Shown here piece by piece: positions 35,417 to 48,665 of a stretch of 64,000 nucleotides of DNA. Both the position numbers and the translations under genes were made by a program. Each line of letters opens with the position of its first letter. Position 1 is the first letter of the stretch. Source of the DNA: Schizochytrium sp. TIO01. Its lineage: Eukaryota; Protista; Bigyra: Labyrinthulomycetes. The notes beneath the pieces are model-generated. The model was not told the DNA's origin and made no database searches. It worked only from the letters and a program-made list of their open reading frames with translations. The stretch is from the NCBI GenBank assembly GCA_004764695.1, contig SMSO01000014.1, positions 801,648-865,647 on the forward strand. Reading direction: 5' to 3'.

Positions 35417-37603
35417 CTACTGTAGCCAAGGAGGAACCCATTCTGCCGCAGAAGCACTAAGCTTCTTTGGAGCAGGAGGGGGGTTTGCCAAAGAGTTGGA
35501 ATCATCAACAGGGCTTTGTTTTGCCACGCGTTCACCGGCCTTAGCAGATGGGTTATCCTCTCGCGAAGATTCTTGAGGAGGCGTTGCCTTTGTTGTTGAA
35601 GGCAAGGGAAGGCCAGGAGGTGCACGAAGCACTTTCTGTACGGGTACTTTGGAGCTGTCCGTAGGGATCGCTCGGTCTACAGTCTCACTCCTGTTTTCTG
35701 AAGGAAGATGAGAAGAGGAAATCGTAGCATTAGATTGAGCCTGGCCTCCTTCCGAGTCTCCAGGGCCATCTTCGCTGCTGTTGCACTCAGCGTTTGAACC
35801 TTCCTTTACTAACATGTCCCGGTACGAAAACTGTTGCCCAATCATACTATGGGACGAAGTCCGGTCGGTATTTGCAGTTTGTTCTAGAGGTACGAACTCG
35901 CGTTTAAATGTAGCTGCAGCAGCAGCTGAGAGTACTGGCGAGCGTGTCATCGAGGCGGGAAACCCACCATTGTTTTCCTGCGATCCGCATTTATCCTCTT
36001 CATCATCCTTGTCGTCGTCATCATTATCATTCTTGAAGTAGTCATCGCCGTCACCTTGGGTTCCAGACACGCGAATTTTCTCCATGGCCTTTTCAATATA
36101 ATTGGGATGAGTAAATGAAAAGCCTTCAAAATCTCCAGCAGAGGCTTCGTCAAGGAATTTTTTGGCTTCCTCCGTATCCATTTCATCGTGAAGCGCTTGT
36201 GGGTGAAGGTTTGTGAAGTTCTCGCTAAAGTTTGAAGTGTCAAGAATGCCATCTTGAAGAGGTGGACGAAAAGGAGGATTCAATTGAAGCGCCAAAAGGG
36301 CATTCCAGTCAATCTCTTTGAAAAAATCATGCTCTTTAAGTTCCTGTACACCACCGACCTTGAACATTGTCGCTGGCGCAGCACCAAGTCGTTGTTCTAC
36401 ATTACGATTTAATAAACCTTTTAGAAGAGATGTGCAATCTCGGCTAAGCCAGCGGGGAAACTTAGGCTTGTTCCCAAGAATAAGGCGGTAGAGACGTTTG
36501 GTGTCCTTGGCGTAGAATGGTGTATCCCCAGTAAGCATCTCAAAAAGAATTGCACCGAGACTCCAATAATCTACAGCCTTGCCATATCCACTCCCTGCAA
36601 TCATTTCGGGTGCCATGTATAAATCCGTTCCGCACAAGGTGCGTGCCTCTGAACGATTTTCCGTAGCAAGGCCAAAATCAGTAATACGAATATGGCCGGA
36701 CGCATCAAGGAGGACATTTTCTGGTTTCAGGTCACGGTGGATAATGCCATTTTGGTGCAGATATTCGATGGCCAAAATCATCTCAGCAGCATAAAAACGA
36801 GCTTGGCCTTCCTCGAAGAGGCCTTCATCACGGATATGCGAGAACAGTTCACCGCCGCAGACATACTCCATGACGAGATACAGTTTGTTCGGTGTTTGAA
36901 AGGCACACATGAGTTTCACAACAAATGGGTGATTGGCCTTGCTCAAGATGTTGCGTTCCTCGCGCACATACGAGAGGTTGTTTTTCTCTAGGACCTGTCC
37001 TTTGGCCAGGACCTTCATGGCATAGATTTCATTTGATTTGCTGTGGCGTACCTGGAAAACCCTACCGTACGCACCCTGTCCAATTACCTTTAGCAGTTTA
37101 AAGTCTGTGGGCGATGCCTTAACCTCTAGACTATCAGCACTATCGTTTCTTGTGCGAGCCCACTCCCCCGAGTTTTGTCTGTGTAGCATTGTTTGTATCG
37201 ATGCCTGAAACTCTTCTGCAGCTTTGGCTGTTGCTTGCATGTTTGCGGTTGCAGGCGACGGTGCATTTGCAGTGTCGTCAAATGTGACGCTTCGCCCTCT
37301 CGTCGCTGTCGGAGTCGTCAGCATAATCGCTGGTGGCATCCCCAGGGTTTGCTCGGCTCCTAGCGACCTCGAGATCGCGAGGCGTTCCGCACTTGCTCGC
37401 CTCTCTCCCCAATTTGCCATGGATCTCAAGTTTCCTGTTGCATTGGTATCCGACTCAAGATTGCCACACTTTTCGTCATCAAAGTTGTCATCGCCATCTT
37501 CGTCATTGTCGTTCTCAAGGTCGTCCACCAAGTGGTTCGCGGTGTCGTCCAGGTCGTAGACATCTTCAAAGCCAAACTCGCCATCCTGGGCAGTGTGAGC
37601 CAT
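35417..37603 (-). CDS. AGC-family kinase, ribosomal protein S6 kinase-like
   Basis: IGQGAYGRV, YAMKVL, HRDLKPEN, DFG, CGTDLYMAPE, AGC C-tail PPFRP...DTSNF...FEGFSF hydrophobic motif; first ATG at 37603. Confidence 0.92.
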   Translation of the reverse strand: MAHTAQDGEFGFEDVYDLDDTANHLVDDLENDNDEDGDDNFDDEKCGNLESDTNATGNLRSMANWGERRASAERLAISRSLGAEQTLGMPPAIMLTTPTATRGRSVTFDDTANAPSPATANMQATAKAAEEFQASIQTMLHRQNSGEWARTRNDSADSLEVKASPTDFKLLKVIGQGAYGRVFQVRHSKSNEIYAMKVLAKGQVLEKNNLSYVREERNILSKANHPFVVKLMCAFQTPNKLYLVMEYVCGGELFSHIRDEGLFEEGQARFYAAEMILAIEYLHQNGIIHRDLKPENVLLDASGHIRITDFGLATENRSEARTLCGTDLYMAPEMIAGSGYGKAVDYWSLGAILFEMLTGDTPFYAKDTKRLYRLILGNKPKFPRWLSRDCTSLLKGLLNRNVEQRLGAAPATMFKVGGVQELKEHDFFKEIDWNALLALQLNPPFRPPLQDGILDTSNFSENFTNLHPQALHDEMDTEEAKKFLDEASAGDFEGFSFTHPNYIEKAMEKIRVSGTQGDGDDYFKNDNDDDDKDDEEDKCGSQENNGGFPASMTRSPVLSAAAAATFKREFVPLEQTANTDRTSSHSMIGQQFSYRDMLVKEGSNAECNSSEDGPGDSEGGQAQSNATISSSHLPSENRSETVDRAIPTDSSKVPVQKVLRAPPGLPLPSTTKATPPQESSREDNPSAKAGERVAKQSPVDDSNSLANPPPAPKKLSASAAEWVPPWLQ

Positions 37604-39779
37604 GGTTATCACCACACCTCAGTCAGCCACGCCGCGTCCAAGGCACCCGAAGATACCACGCCGCTCGCCGGGCGCGATTCGAGGTTTACTTTTGCCGCAC
37701 TTGAGTGCTCCACGGTTGGTCGCGGCGGCGTATTGTGTCCACTTGGCGCCACTTATTCTCTACTTGCAGCTTCCTATACTCCACTTTCGCAGATTTTTTA
37801 CCCTATTTATTCTACCCTATAACCTTCTATGACGAAAGCTGTTGTCTGATTGCCTATTCCTCCTCTACTCTCTCTTAACTTTTTGACTTTCGTACTTTTC
37901 TTTTGCTCAGTGAGAACTGCGGAAATCACAATGAATCTCAGCTAGCGATGCTTCGTGCCCAGGACCAGGTTTGAAGGCTAGCTTGCACGAACCAGACACC
38001 AGAGGCCTTCCCCGCCCAGCCCTCGCAGGTCAGGAGGGAAGGAAGGCGAGGCGGTTGATGCTCCGAGCAGCTGAGCGCTCGCAGGGACCTCGCGTTGGTT
38101 GTGGCTCTGTTCTCTTTTCTGCTGTCTCTTACTTTTTATGACGAAATGTTTTATTTTGTTGTGCTAGTATATGTACCCCTAACTAGATGCCTAGTTAATT
38201 ACTATTTATTTATGAACTTCATTCATAAATTAATTAATGCTTATAATGAATTATGTAGCAGTCTACTAATCTTCATTAAGAGCAGCAGTGCTTGCAGTTG
38301 ATGACGAGCGATGTAACTCAAGAGGTTCGTCGGCTGTCAATTTAGGCAGATTCTACCATCTCTGGCTGTGCTCGCGCATGTATCGCTCGTTCATGACATC
38401 GCTCGCGTATGCGCTGAGGTCGCCGTTGTGTGTTCCTCCGGGTCGTCTCTTGAATCATTTGGAGTCTTGTCCTGCTCCATTCCTTAGTTTCATTTTCTCA
38501 TTCCTTCTCTTTCATTTATTTAGTTTATTTAGTTTATGTTAATTTCAATCATAGTCCCTACATATTTTGTGAGCCTCTTCTGCTTACTTCCTTCTCCTTC
38601 ATATCTACAAAATTTACAACAACTCGGCATGAACAATCAACTGACAGGTAAGCAAGCATCCAGTTAACTCGTCGGCTCACGAGAAGAAGAGTCATTATGC
38701 TCGACCGGTGCTGTATCTATCGTATTATTTGACGCGACTTCTGGTCGTAGTTCAATTGTGCTGCCTGGAACTATGCCAAAGAATTACATACTAGGACATA
38801 GGTAGCTCTACTGAAGTAGTACGTAATTTTTTCTAAAGGTTCTCTTCTCTTCACTTTGTGTGTCTTTCACTCCTCTTTTCTGACCACTCTCCAGGGTTTT
38901 CCCAAAGTTATCTTCGTACTCTTTGAAGTTTTTAAAGTCTTTGAAGTCTTTTGAGGAGTTCTTTTCTAACGCTAAAGATATGTTGGAGAACAGTTTTAGT
39001 AGTTTGATTTCTTCCGCCTAAGATACTTTTAGATGCAGTCGCCTTAATGTTTGCCAAAATGGATAGCACGGTTAGCTAGAACCTATTTCGCATAGCCACT
39101 GAGTTGCGATGCACGATTACGGTTATGCAGCATCTGCTAAGTAGTGGAACGTGGTTTAGAGAAAGCAAATTAGCCAGACATTCATTTCCTAGCCAAGATT
39201 ATTTTCAGATTCTTCACTTCTTTTGTCCAACATTCATCTAAACCCTTGAGGAATATTACCCTCATCTTCGAGAATTCTACTTCCTCCCCAGCTCTTGCAA
39301 GGATATATCCTGGAAGATGCATTTGTAAGACTTGCACTTGTGCAAGAGGGCGAGGGTAGAGTTGCGTTAGGGCCAACACTGCCCCCCCCCCGACGTTGTG
39401 ACAAAAATTAGCATGCGAAAGAAAGAGCAAAGTGGTCACGTACAAAGACATTGTATGACATCATCTTATTGAATGAATAATAATAAATTAGTAGGATTTA
39501 TCGTGTATATTTGTTGATGCGAAATATCTGGAGGTACAATTGCGGAATGAAGAGAATGAAAAAACAAGACTCGTTCAAATTTGTTCTGGCCATGTCTTCT
39601 TCGAATGATTTATTGCGTTCCATATGAAGTGACCTCTCTCTTGTGCATTTAAACATTGTGTTGCAATCGCTGAATCTGTAGTTGCACTATCTTTGCAGAA
39701 AGTTAGGTTTAAAAGGTCAACGAGAAAGTGGACCTGACGATACCCAGATGCCGCCTCGAATCGATATCACACAGTTTTT

Positions 39780-42429
39780 TTAATGCTGTACAAAATCTGC
39801 TAAAACTGAGTCAAAACGACTCAGAAAGGCTTGGACTTGTACTCGGTCATCCAGATCTGCTGGAAGTTCAGCAGATCTGACAAGCTGCACCATTGTTCCC
39901 TTTTGTAGGGCCATACCCACGTCAAAGAGTGTGTAATTTGCATTTACCATGGCCTGCAAAAGCCTCGTACAAACTTGCATTGTCAAAAGCTCAGCTACCC
40001 CTAGGCAACCCTGCAAAGCCTCACGAAGAAGGCGAGCATCAGCGACATCGTCCAAAGAATCGATAAAATGCCTAACCTCTGGAAGGACAGGCTGACGTAC
40101 CTGCGGCCATTCAAGCCACTCGAGGGTCACAAGGTCGGCATTAGATGACAGATCCTGATCATTGCTTGTTGCATCAAGAAGCAGTCCTGTGATACGAGGT
40201 AGACATAGACCATGGTCAATAGGTACCAACTGGAGCTTTGATTTGCCAGCACCTTCGCAAAAAGATTCAGATCGATGAGCACGGGAGGATCTGCGGGTAC
40301 AGGGAGACCTCGAGGCTGCATGTGAGCGACCATGGCGCTGGCTGTATGTGCGTCGAATCGACGAGCGAGAGGTCCTTGGTTGCACAACTGTTTCGTTGGT
40401 CCTCTGCCACTCAACTCCATCTACTGTCTCGATAACATTTGGGTGATCACGTTGCTGAGATTTGGCTTCCTGAACTTCCTCGTAAGAGAGGCCTTCCTCG
40501 TCTTCCTCATCTGCACCGACATTGTAACTGTTATCGTCATCCGTGTGGTGCTCTTCGTAGATCTCCTCGTGGTCTTCAAAAAGACATTGGGCACCTTCAA
40601 TATTGTCCAAATTATCTTCGTGCTCATCGTAGAGATCGCGATCGTCATCGTTGTAAGCATCGTCATCAACGGTTTGTAACAAGATATTTCCTGCATGACG
40701 GTCTGCGTTAAAGATACGAATATCAAGCACAGCAATTCGCTGCACCATATCTGCGGTGAGCATTGTGCACGCTACATCTTCAGCGGTAGAATGATGTGAA
40801 ACATAAGCTTGAAGGGATCCAAGCTTGCTGGGCAAGGTTAAAGATGTTGCGGTGGACTGTGTGGTTGCAGACTCGGACCACTGGGATGATGCGCGAAGAC
40901 TCCGTGTCGACACGGAATAGCTCCGACCAGGCAGTCCTGGTCTTGAGGGCCCCAAACTGGGAAGATGAGGAATTGCCAAAGAATTACGAATCGGTGAGCC
41001 TAGTGGGCTATTAAACAAAGCATGACCACGAGGTGAAAGTGCCGAAAGGGGGGAGAGTGAAGGTGGCGAGAAACACCAGGAGTCGTCAGACTCTGCAGGC
41101 AACGCAATTCCGCTAGAGCAGCGCCAAGACTTGGAAAATACCCGAACCAGCCCAGTCGGTGGGACACCTGAAAAGCCTTGATGATCCAAAAGATAAGCAG
41201 CCACTTCACGAACGCATCCTTCACCTGGCAAAATACCTCGCCGCATTGCACCTGAACAATTCTCGGTCTCGTCACCACTCAAGCTTTCATTGGTACTATC
41301 GGAGAAAAATGATGGGCGGCTAGCCTCTTTGCCCCCCCGCTGCGAGCTTAGTGTTTTTGATTTTCCCGTTGTGCTTTCATCTTGACTCGAATTGAGAGTT
41401 TCCAACACCAGCTTCTTGATCCCATGGCTTAAACACTGCACATATGGTACCATTCGAGCGAAGATAGTAGCATTGGCTCGTCGAGTAGCTCGAAATGACT
41501 GTAGGCGCCAGGCCCCGTTCAAGACCATGCTTTGATTCACTGATAAAATTGAGCTCAGATTTATTCTTGTAGTTCCAGCTGCCAGGGCCCATCACAACTT
41601 CTAGGGTATCAACAGCGTTATCGTCACAATCTAGCGACGCGCTGCGCTGCAGCCTGTTCACGGGAGGTGACCAGCTCATATCATCGTCAGACTCTCTGTC
41701 AGCATTTCTCGGCTGGAGGTCGAAATACAGATCATTCTGGAACATTGTTCTGAGTGCATCACGGTCGAGTCGCAGGTTTGGCCTTGTTCTTGTTGTGCTC
41801 GAGTGGTTCCATTCATTTGAACTATTATTTTTTCCATCTCTCCCTACACAACCACCTGAAAGTCCGACAGTGTCAGGCTCATGTAAATTTTCGTCGCATA
41901 ACTCCTTTTCCGCTCGCTCCACATACCATGCTGCATCTTCTACACCCCTAGAACTCTCCTCAGAGACCTTATCTTCACAATAAAACTGCTCGATGTTGCC
42001 AAAATTATCATCACCCTTCTTTGTGGCGTTTCTTCCTTCTATTTGGCGGAAATATCCTTGCTGGTGTTGCCTTTCTTCCACTTCGTGACTTTTCTGCACT
42101 CCACCATTTCTTTCATCCTGTGTTGCAGCAATGCGCGTTAGGCCTTTGGACACCAAGTGTGAGTCCTCCTGGCCTGCTTCCAATGGATCTTGGCATGTTG
42201 TTTCTGTGGGATGCAGGAAAGAAGTATTCGAGCTTCGCACTGAAATTGTTGAAGGCTTCGACATGTTAGCGAGTCCTGGGTTGTCCTCTATTTGAGCATC
42301 CTCATCTGCCAGCTTTTCGTCGTCAACGAAAGTAAGGTCGTCGAGATCTTCATCATCTGATGCCTCTGCCCAGGACCCCACAATGGCAATCTCGTCCAAC
42401 TCTTCTGCTGTAATTTGTCGCCGAAGCAT
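39780..42429 (-). CDS. Type II phosphatidylinositol 4-kinase (plant PI4K-gamma-like), split across two frames near 41296-41400
   Basis: Upstream ORF ends CYYLRSNGTICAVFKPWDQE; downstream frame has GEGCVREVAAYLLD, GVPPT, GSLQAYV, IAVLDIRIFNADRHAGNILL, LVPIDHGLCLP, EWLEWPQ. Confidence 0.85.
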
Positions 42430-44390
42430 GGTCGTGCCAACAACTTCCCAATCACACCAGCAAACAATCACCTAAACACCTAAATCAATTTCACACGAAC
42501 AAACACACAATCAAACCGCCGACCAGCCAAACAAACAAGCGAACAGCCAGCCAGCCAGCTAGGCAACCTCCAATGCCCAATCTCGCACACGCACAAAGCA
42601 CGAGAGAACCAGTCACAGAAAGAACACACCAGCCACCTCCCCTCTAGAGACTCCCAAGCTCACCAAAATTTCTAATAAAGACACCACAACCCTCAAATCA
42701 TCAAAACGGTCAACGCAATCAGCAACAAAAATAACAACAACAACGGCAACAACAGCAACAGCAACACCAGACGTGGCAGTATCTGCACCCCAATCTCCAA
42801 GCGTTCTCGGGTCAATCTTCAAATCCTAATGTATCAGGAGCAATATCTTTTCCCCTTCTATATGTGCCCTCTATCAGTTTTGCGTAAGCGGCGGTCCCTC
42901 TCTCAGTAGTAGCAACTTCCTAGCGTTACAGTAGCAGTGCTACTACTGGCCCACTCGAAGGCAATACACAGGTCTCGTATCAGAGGTTCCTCAGAAGCTT
43001 CTGAGGCCCAGCTACCCAAAGTATAGGATTCCTGGGCAAAAGCCTGTGAGAGGTATTTCGGGAATAAGGGAAAAGGAAAAGAAAGGCCAAAGAAAACAGA
43101 AAGAAAAGAAAACAAAAAAGAGAAAAAAAGAAAGCGCTTTTTCCTTGCCGCTTTCTTCTCTTTTTTTGAAATTAGCCCAGGACCGCAGGATCTCCACGCA
43201 GCGCTCTGCCTGCGCGGAACCCCGTGATAAATGCTGCTCTGGCCTCTCTTGCCTTCCTCCGCGCGCCCAGCGGCCTGACAAGGCGGCCCGCGCCTTCGAG
43301 GTGCTTGGTAGGCCTTGCGGTCCCTTCAGCGGCCAGTTGGGACCCGAATTGTACTGAGATCTGGCAGCTTAGAGCCACGATTCCGCAGCCCTGCCACCCC
43401 TCCCTCCACGACGCGTACAGCGGTCAGCAGGCAGGTGGCCAGCCGCCCAGCGAATGGCGCGGGTTCTCCTACCTCAGACGCGGCGGGCTGCAGCGTCGGC
43501 CAGGCTGGACGCTTCGAGGTTTGCGCAGAAGTGACTTTGCTCAGCAAATTTGATCACTGTGATTTGAATTGCAGGTCTCAACTTTTTAATAAGAAGATCT
43601 CCGCCTAATACCCCACTAGGAACTTACTACTGCTTGCTACTACTCAGTAAGTTGATAAATAAACTAATTTATAAATAAAAAATAAAATATGCATAGGAAC
43701 ACTGACAAACTAAACTACACCTTCTGCCGGAGAAGAAGAAGCAACAAACCACCCTCAACCTCGAGAGCAGCCGCAGCTCTGGCTGCGCAGACCAGTCGCT
43801 TGCCAGCCCCTTTGCAGCCTGAGAGCATCGCCTGCCTGCACAGCGGGAATGGAATTACAATCGTGATCCGAGTCTACGATCATTTTCACATCTTCTTCTT
43901 TTCTTTGCATATCGTAGATATCTTTCTATTTATCTATCTATTACTAGGAGTTGATATCGCCTAAGACAGAAACCGACCCTGTGTCTTTTTTTGGTGAAGC
44001 ATCTGAACACGCAATGAAAACTATATGTAACCTGGGGGTGCGAAGCTTATGCAACTGCGTGTGGCGGGGCAGCACTTCGTACCCGTCGAGCTTTCTCTCT
44101 TAGCTAACTGTTACTGGGCACTTATGCAGTAGCACCTGCCTACCTAGATAGGTAGGAGTCGAAGGTGGCTATTAATGAGGCGAAGCGCACGGCTTTTCCA
44201 CTCAATCTTCACCAGAATATCTTGGATACGCCAAAATGTCCACCCAAAACGCGCGCATGAGACGGCATAGGCACGCTTCTCCAAGTTATCAAGCCAGCCT
44301 TCAAGTTGGCCTCGGGGTCTGTGGTGTTTTGCAGCCAGTTGGAGCTTGCTCAGGCTAGTTTTGACAGTGCATGAACTAACCATAGAAAGT

Positions 44391-44486
44391 ATGAATGAAT
44401 AAATGAATGAATGAATGAATGAATGAATGAATGAATGAATGAATGAATGAATGAATGAATGAATGAATGAATGAATGAATGAATGA
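44391..44486. repeat. (ATGA)n microsatellite
   Basis: About 24 tetramer units with one interruption. Confidence 0.95.
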
Positions 44487-47400
44487 TAGTCCTTTATAGT
44501 ACCTACTGTAGAGAATGAGTGAGGCAGATAACGAAAGAAAGTGTCACATCGCTTTGGATTGTTAGCAAAATAAGGTACGAAGACGAAAACAAAGCCGTGG
44601 GTGATCAATTATGGGGTACTTCATTGGATTGGCATTGAGCGAAAACTAATCGCTCAAAGCTTCGGTCGATTAAATCCGGGCCGCCAGATCTTGGGCGAGC
44701 TCTTGTGGGCCCTCCTCGAGCTACAGCGAACGGCCATGTCTACCTTCTGCACTGCTTCACAAGCGCATTCAACAGCATAGGCTTACTGGGCAAGACGACC
44801 CAGGAGTTTTCTTGGCCCCACAACAGCCGAAAGATCGCTTAACACCTCTTAGCTCAGCTAGGAATATCCCTGATTGCGAAACGCATTTTCACGGAGGTGC
44901 ACACCTTGCGCGGACTTTGGCGTAAGTAGGTGAGCGTTGAGATCGAGCAGGATGGAGTTGAAGCTCGATTGGCAGGTTTGGCGAAGTGAAGATGAATTGG
45001 GGGATGACACGAAATATGGGATTGCAAGCAAATTCGAACTCAGGTAGTACATGAGGGATAATGGCTGCATGAAATAAGTGTAAATGATAAAAAGGGTTTG
45101 TAAGGCTAAGATGAAGCTAAGGTACTGCACAAGGTAGTCAGGGTTTATTTGCCTTTGCTGCAACAGCATCTATACACACTTTTCGTTCGAAGTAGGCAGC
45201 AGGAATCGGGAGGGGGGATTGCAAAGAATGTATTCTATCGACGATTGAGGAGCAGCTCGCTAGTGTTGAACTTGTTGAGGACTCAGTGTTCATGGCGTTG
45301 TCGACGTACAAGCATGGAGGGTTGTCGAGCTAGTACTTTAGTTGAGAAGATAGCAAAGACTAAAGAAAGAGCATCCTTACATTATTCCAAAGTGTAGCAA
45401 TGGAGATATGTTTGTATTTTGACCTGGTCGTGCACGAAGATAGGCTGGCGATGGTGCAAGAACCTCTGTACAAAATCGAATTGGTTTCACGACTAGGCTT
45501 CGTATTTAACTCCACATGGCAAGGTTGCGTATTGTCTTTTGTAGACTGGCTAGACCGAACGTCGCCCTGAAGAGGTTCTTGGTTACGCCTTTTGTGGCCT
45601 GCTGGTGAATCTGAACTTTTACCAGACTTCTTCACCAAAGGTAACCATGAAGAAAACTCCTCACTATTTCTTTATACTTTGCCTATTTTATACTAAAATT
45701 TTAAATAGACTCCTTTTTAGGGAACATAGAACTACAAATGTGTGCTTGGCTTAATCATCAAGTTTTCAACGTTGGATGACGATATATTGCAAAAGAGTTC
45801 AAACGATAAAAATTTGCACTGTATGCTTTATCTGAATTTCTCAGTCTGAATGGAGAAAAACAATAATTTCAAAGAACAATATGCAAATTGGCACAAGTGT
45901 TGCTGTCATAAGATTCTTTAATCAAGTTGATCAGCCCTACCCTCTGTGTTTCTATGCATCAAACCCATGCATATGATTGAGCCTCTTCTGGATACATTGT
46001 TACGATCTCTTTACTCTTCAGGGAAGCCAAGTCATCGAGAGGGGTGCTGCTATAGCCTCTAATGGTAGATTGAATGTTCAGAAGTATAGCAGCCGTTTGC
46101 TGCAACATTGACTAATTACTTCATTTAATAATTATTGCAAATAGCTTGTGTAGTGGAGTGTGGAGAGGCAGTCTGACAAGAGAGCGCGCCGTAACAAGTC
46201 ATGGAGCAAGTCCTATCAAAGAAGGTGAAAGGAAGAAATAGCGATATTAAGGTTACTAAAGTTCTGTCGATAGACGGAGTAAAGAGAATCAGATCAAACG
46301 TTTTGGTTAGGTTCGGTTAGGTACAATGATGCTTTGCTTTTCAGCACTTATAAAAGAGAGGACCAACTGTATTTATTCAGTATATATATGACCTATGATT
46401 CTGAACAGCGAAATGTATCGAACTAAAATTTGTCTTGTATATTAGTGCTTTGCCCCAATGAGTTAGGCGGGCACCTTCGAGTGTTTAGTAATGTGAATAA
46501 TAAAATTAAACCTTCTTAGTTCGTACCACCTCTATAAAAGTGGAAGAATGTATTTGTAAAAACGTTAATCTTGTCCTCTTCTTTTTCATACGAGCTTCAC
46601 TTTGCCATGCCCTAGTTCATTTGTTGAAGAGAGGCATTATAATCAGAAAAATAATTCAAGATAATAATAATACAACGCGGCCTCCATTTTTTCTTCAGAA
46701 TTCAGAAAGAGGTCCTGGCAACCTCAAGTATACCATGTGAACGGCAGAGACGAAACGCGTTACTACCATACATTAACTTGTGTTTATTAATATCGACCCT
46801 TCACATCTTGAAATATTTAGAATAAAGAATCCCAGAGAGAAACAAGTGTGTGATGAAAGTGGGGTTTTGTAATCGATTCATCGATTTGCCTCGCATGTCT
46901 TTCATTTGTTGCGACAACAACACGCCGAAAAGCGCCTTTTGAGCACTACTCGTAGAAGAATTCTATTCATGCATGGAAACAAAGTCAATGTTAAATGATG
47001 TTTCCTCCTCTTGTTGGTTCCGGTTAGCTGCCCTTCCATCCAGTGCGCACCTCGTTCGCGAGGACACTAACTATGGAGTGCCTCTCATACTCCAAATAGC
47101 GTGAGGCAAGGCACAAACAACATAGAGCAGCGATTAAGTTTCGGCCGGTCCATGCTGCACGTGCCGTAATTCCGATGTAATTCACTTTTCTTAATTATCG
47201 CAACTTTCAGCGAAAGCTTTAAACGATCATTATTGCTATTGCGGGCAGCAAACAGCGCACAGTACGTCGTTGCAGCCCCGCTAGAAGTCGAAAGAATCAG
47301 TCTTGAAGGAGCATGCGCATAATTAGCAAAGGCAGTCAGCTGACTCTCGCAACATTCCCAAGGATAAATGGCCAGCAACCTATATAGCATAGCAACTAGG

Positions 47401-48665
47401 CTATCTTCAGCCTCGCACTGGCAGCAACACTGTCCCCTTGCTAGGTACACCAGCACGAAGGCGATTTCTAGGCTCCAGTGGACCTCATCGTGACATGATT
47501 GTCATCGTATTCACTAAAGTGGCTTCGCATGGTGTTTACTCGTGTTATTAGTATTAGTGTGCAATTACCCTGGCTTCAGGGCGGAGGTGAATATGGGATC
47601 TATAGTAAAACAGCATTGTAAATCCCTGAACTCTGCGCTTGCGGGCCCCGGGGGTACAATCTCTGGAAGGAAACTCTAAAGACTCGAGTGGCTTGCCGCT
47701 ATCACTCTACCAATTAGCCTTGCAGACAGCTCTGAAGGCATACAGAGTTTTCATAGTTCTAGGCTTTCACGCAGCCTCCGTCAACGACGTGCCCACACTT
47801 GACGTGACTTGCGGGTACCCTTTGCAAGGGTAAGAGCGGCAGCTCTCTTAATATTAATTAATAGAGTACACACTTCTGTATAACACTGAAATTGTAGTGG
47901 GCACTGGCATCTTGAAACTCTGGACTCCATCTTATTTCTTTGGCGTTTGAGTTCAACTTCTGAGAAGTATTGAGATGTCTTTTAAATTTCTTCGAAACGA
48001 TCGTTTGCGTCGACGTGCAACGCGCTAGAGTAGAAGCAGAAGCCGATAACCTTAAGCGTTGTATGAGTCTCCTGGTCATGTCAATTTTTATTTTTTTAAA
48101 TATAAGTTTTTAGTGTGAAAAAGTTGAAAAACGTGCGGCAGGAAAGAAATAAAAGAAAATACCAAACTACCTGTCTCCAAACAGATGTAAGCTAATGGTG
48201 GACCCATTTCTGACTCCGCAACTCCGACTTGGGTGACCCTGAAGTTTGTCGCTGTTTGTCAGCCTTTCATAAGATGGGCTGATCCATGAAAGAGTTGAAG
48301 GTTAAGGTGCAAATCAGACTGATTTATTCTCTTGGTGCAATAGCATTTTTCTTCCCGTGCTCAAGGTGCACCCCGCGCACGGGCCTGTTTAGGCACGGTG
48401 CTAGGAGGACACTTACAGATTTTATACAATAATATGCTATTCTGATGCTCACACAGAACACGCAAGTAAAATGTGTGAATAGATCATAGAGTTAAAATAC
48501 ATACTTCTGATTGGTTGTCTCTGGAGTTTCTGATGAGCAAAACCCAATCGGTGCCATCTCTGGAATTCTGGTGTGCCTCGCCATAGGTCGCCAGCTTCGC
48601 CAGTTTATCTCGAAAAGGGAAGGAGGTGGAGGCCTGCACGGACTATCGTCAGGAAGGAAACCAAT

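Noticed and set aside
14028-41405. A shared programmed +1 frameshifting system in the LRR and PI4K genes
   Set aside because: No common stop-adjacent slippery motif; the LRR shift maps to a homopolymer. Error or an intron is more parsimonious.
15704-42429. Functional cluster of membrane-trafficking genes (DHHC, BAR-like/WW, formin, PI4K)
   Set aside because: Common eukaryotic gene classes interleaved with unrelated genes; no evidence of co-regulation without synteny or expression data.
44144-44608. 154-aa ORF with HSFI repeats
   Set aside because: Translation of the (ATGA)n microsatellite.
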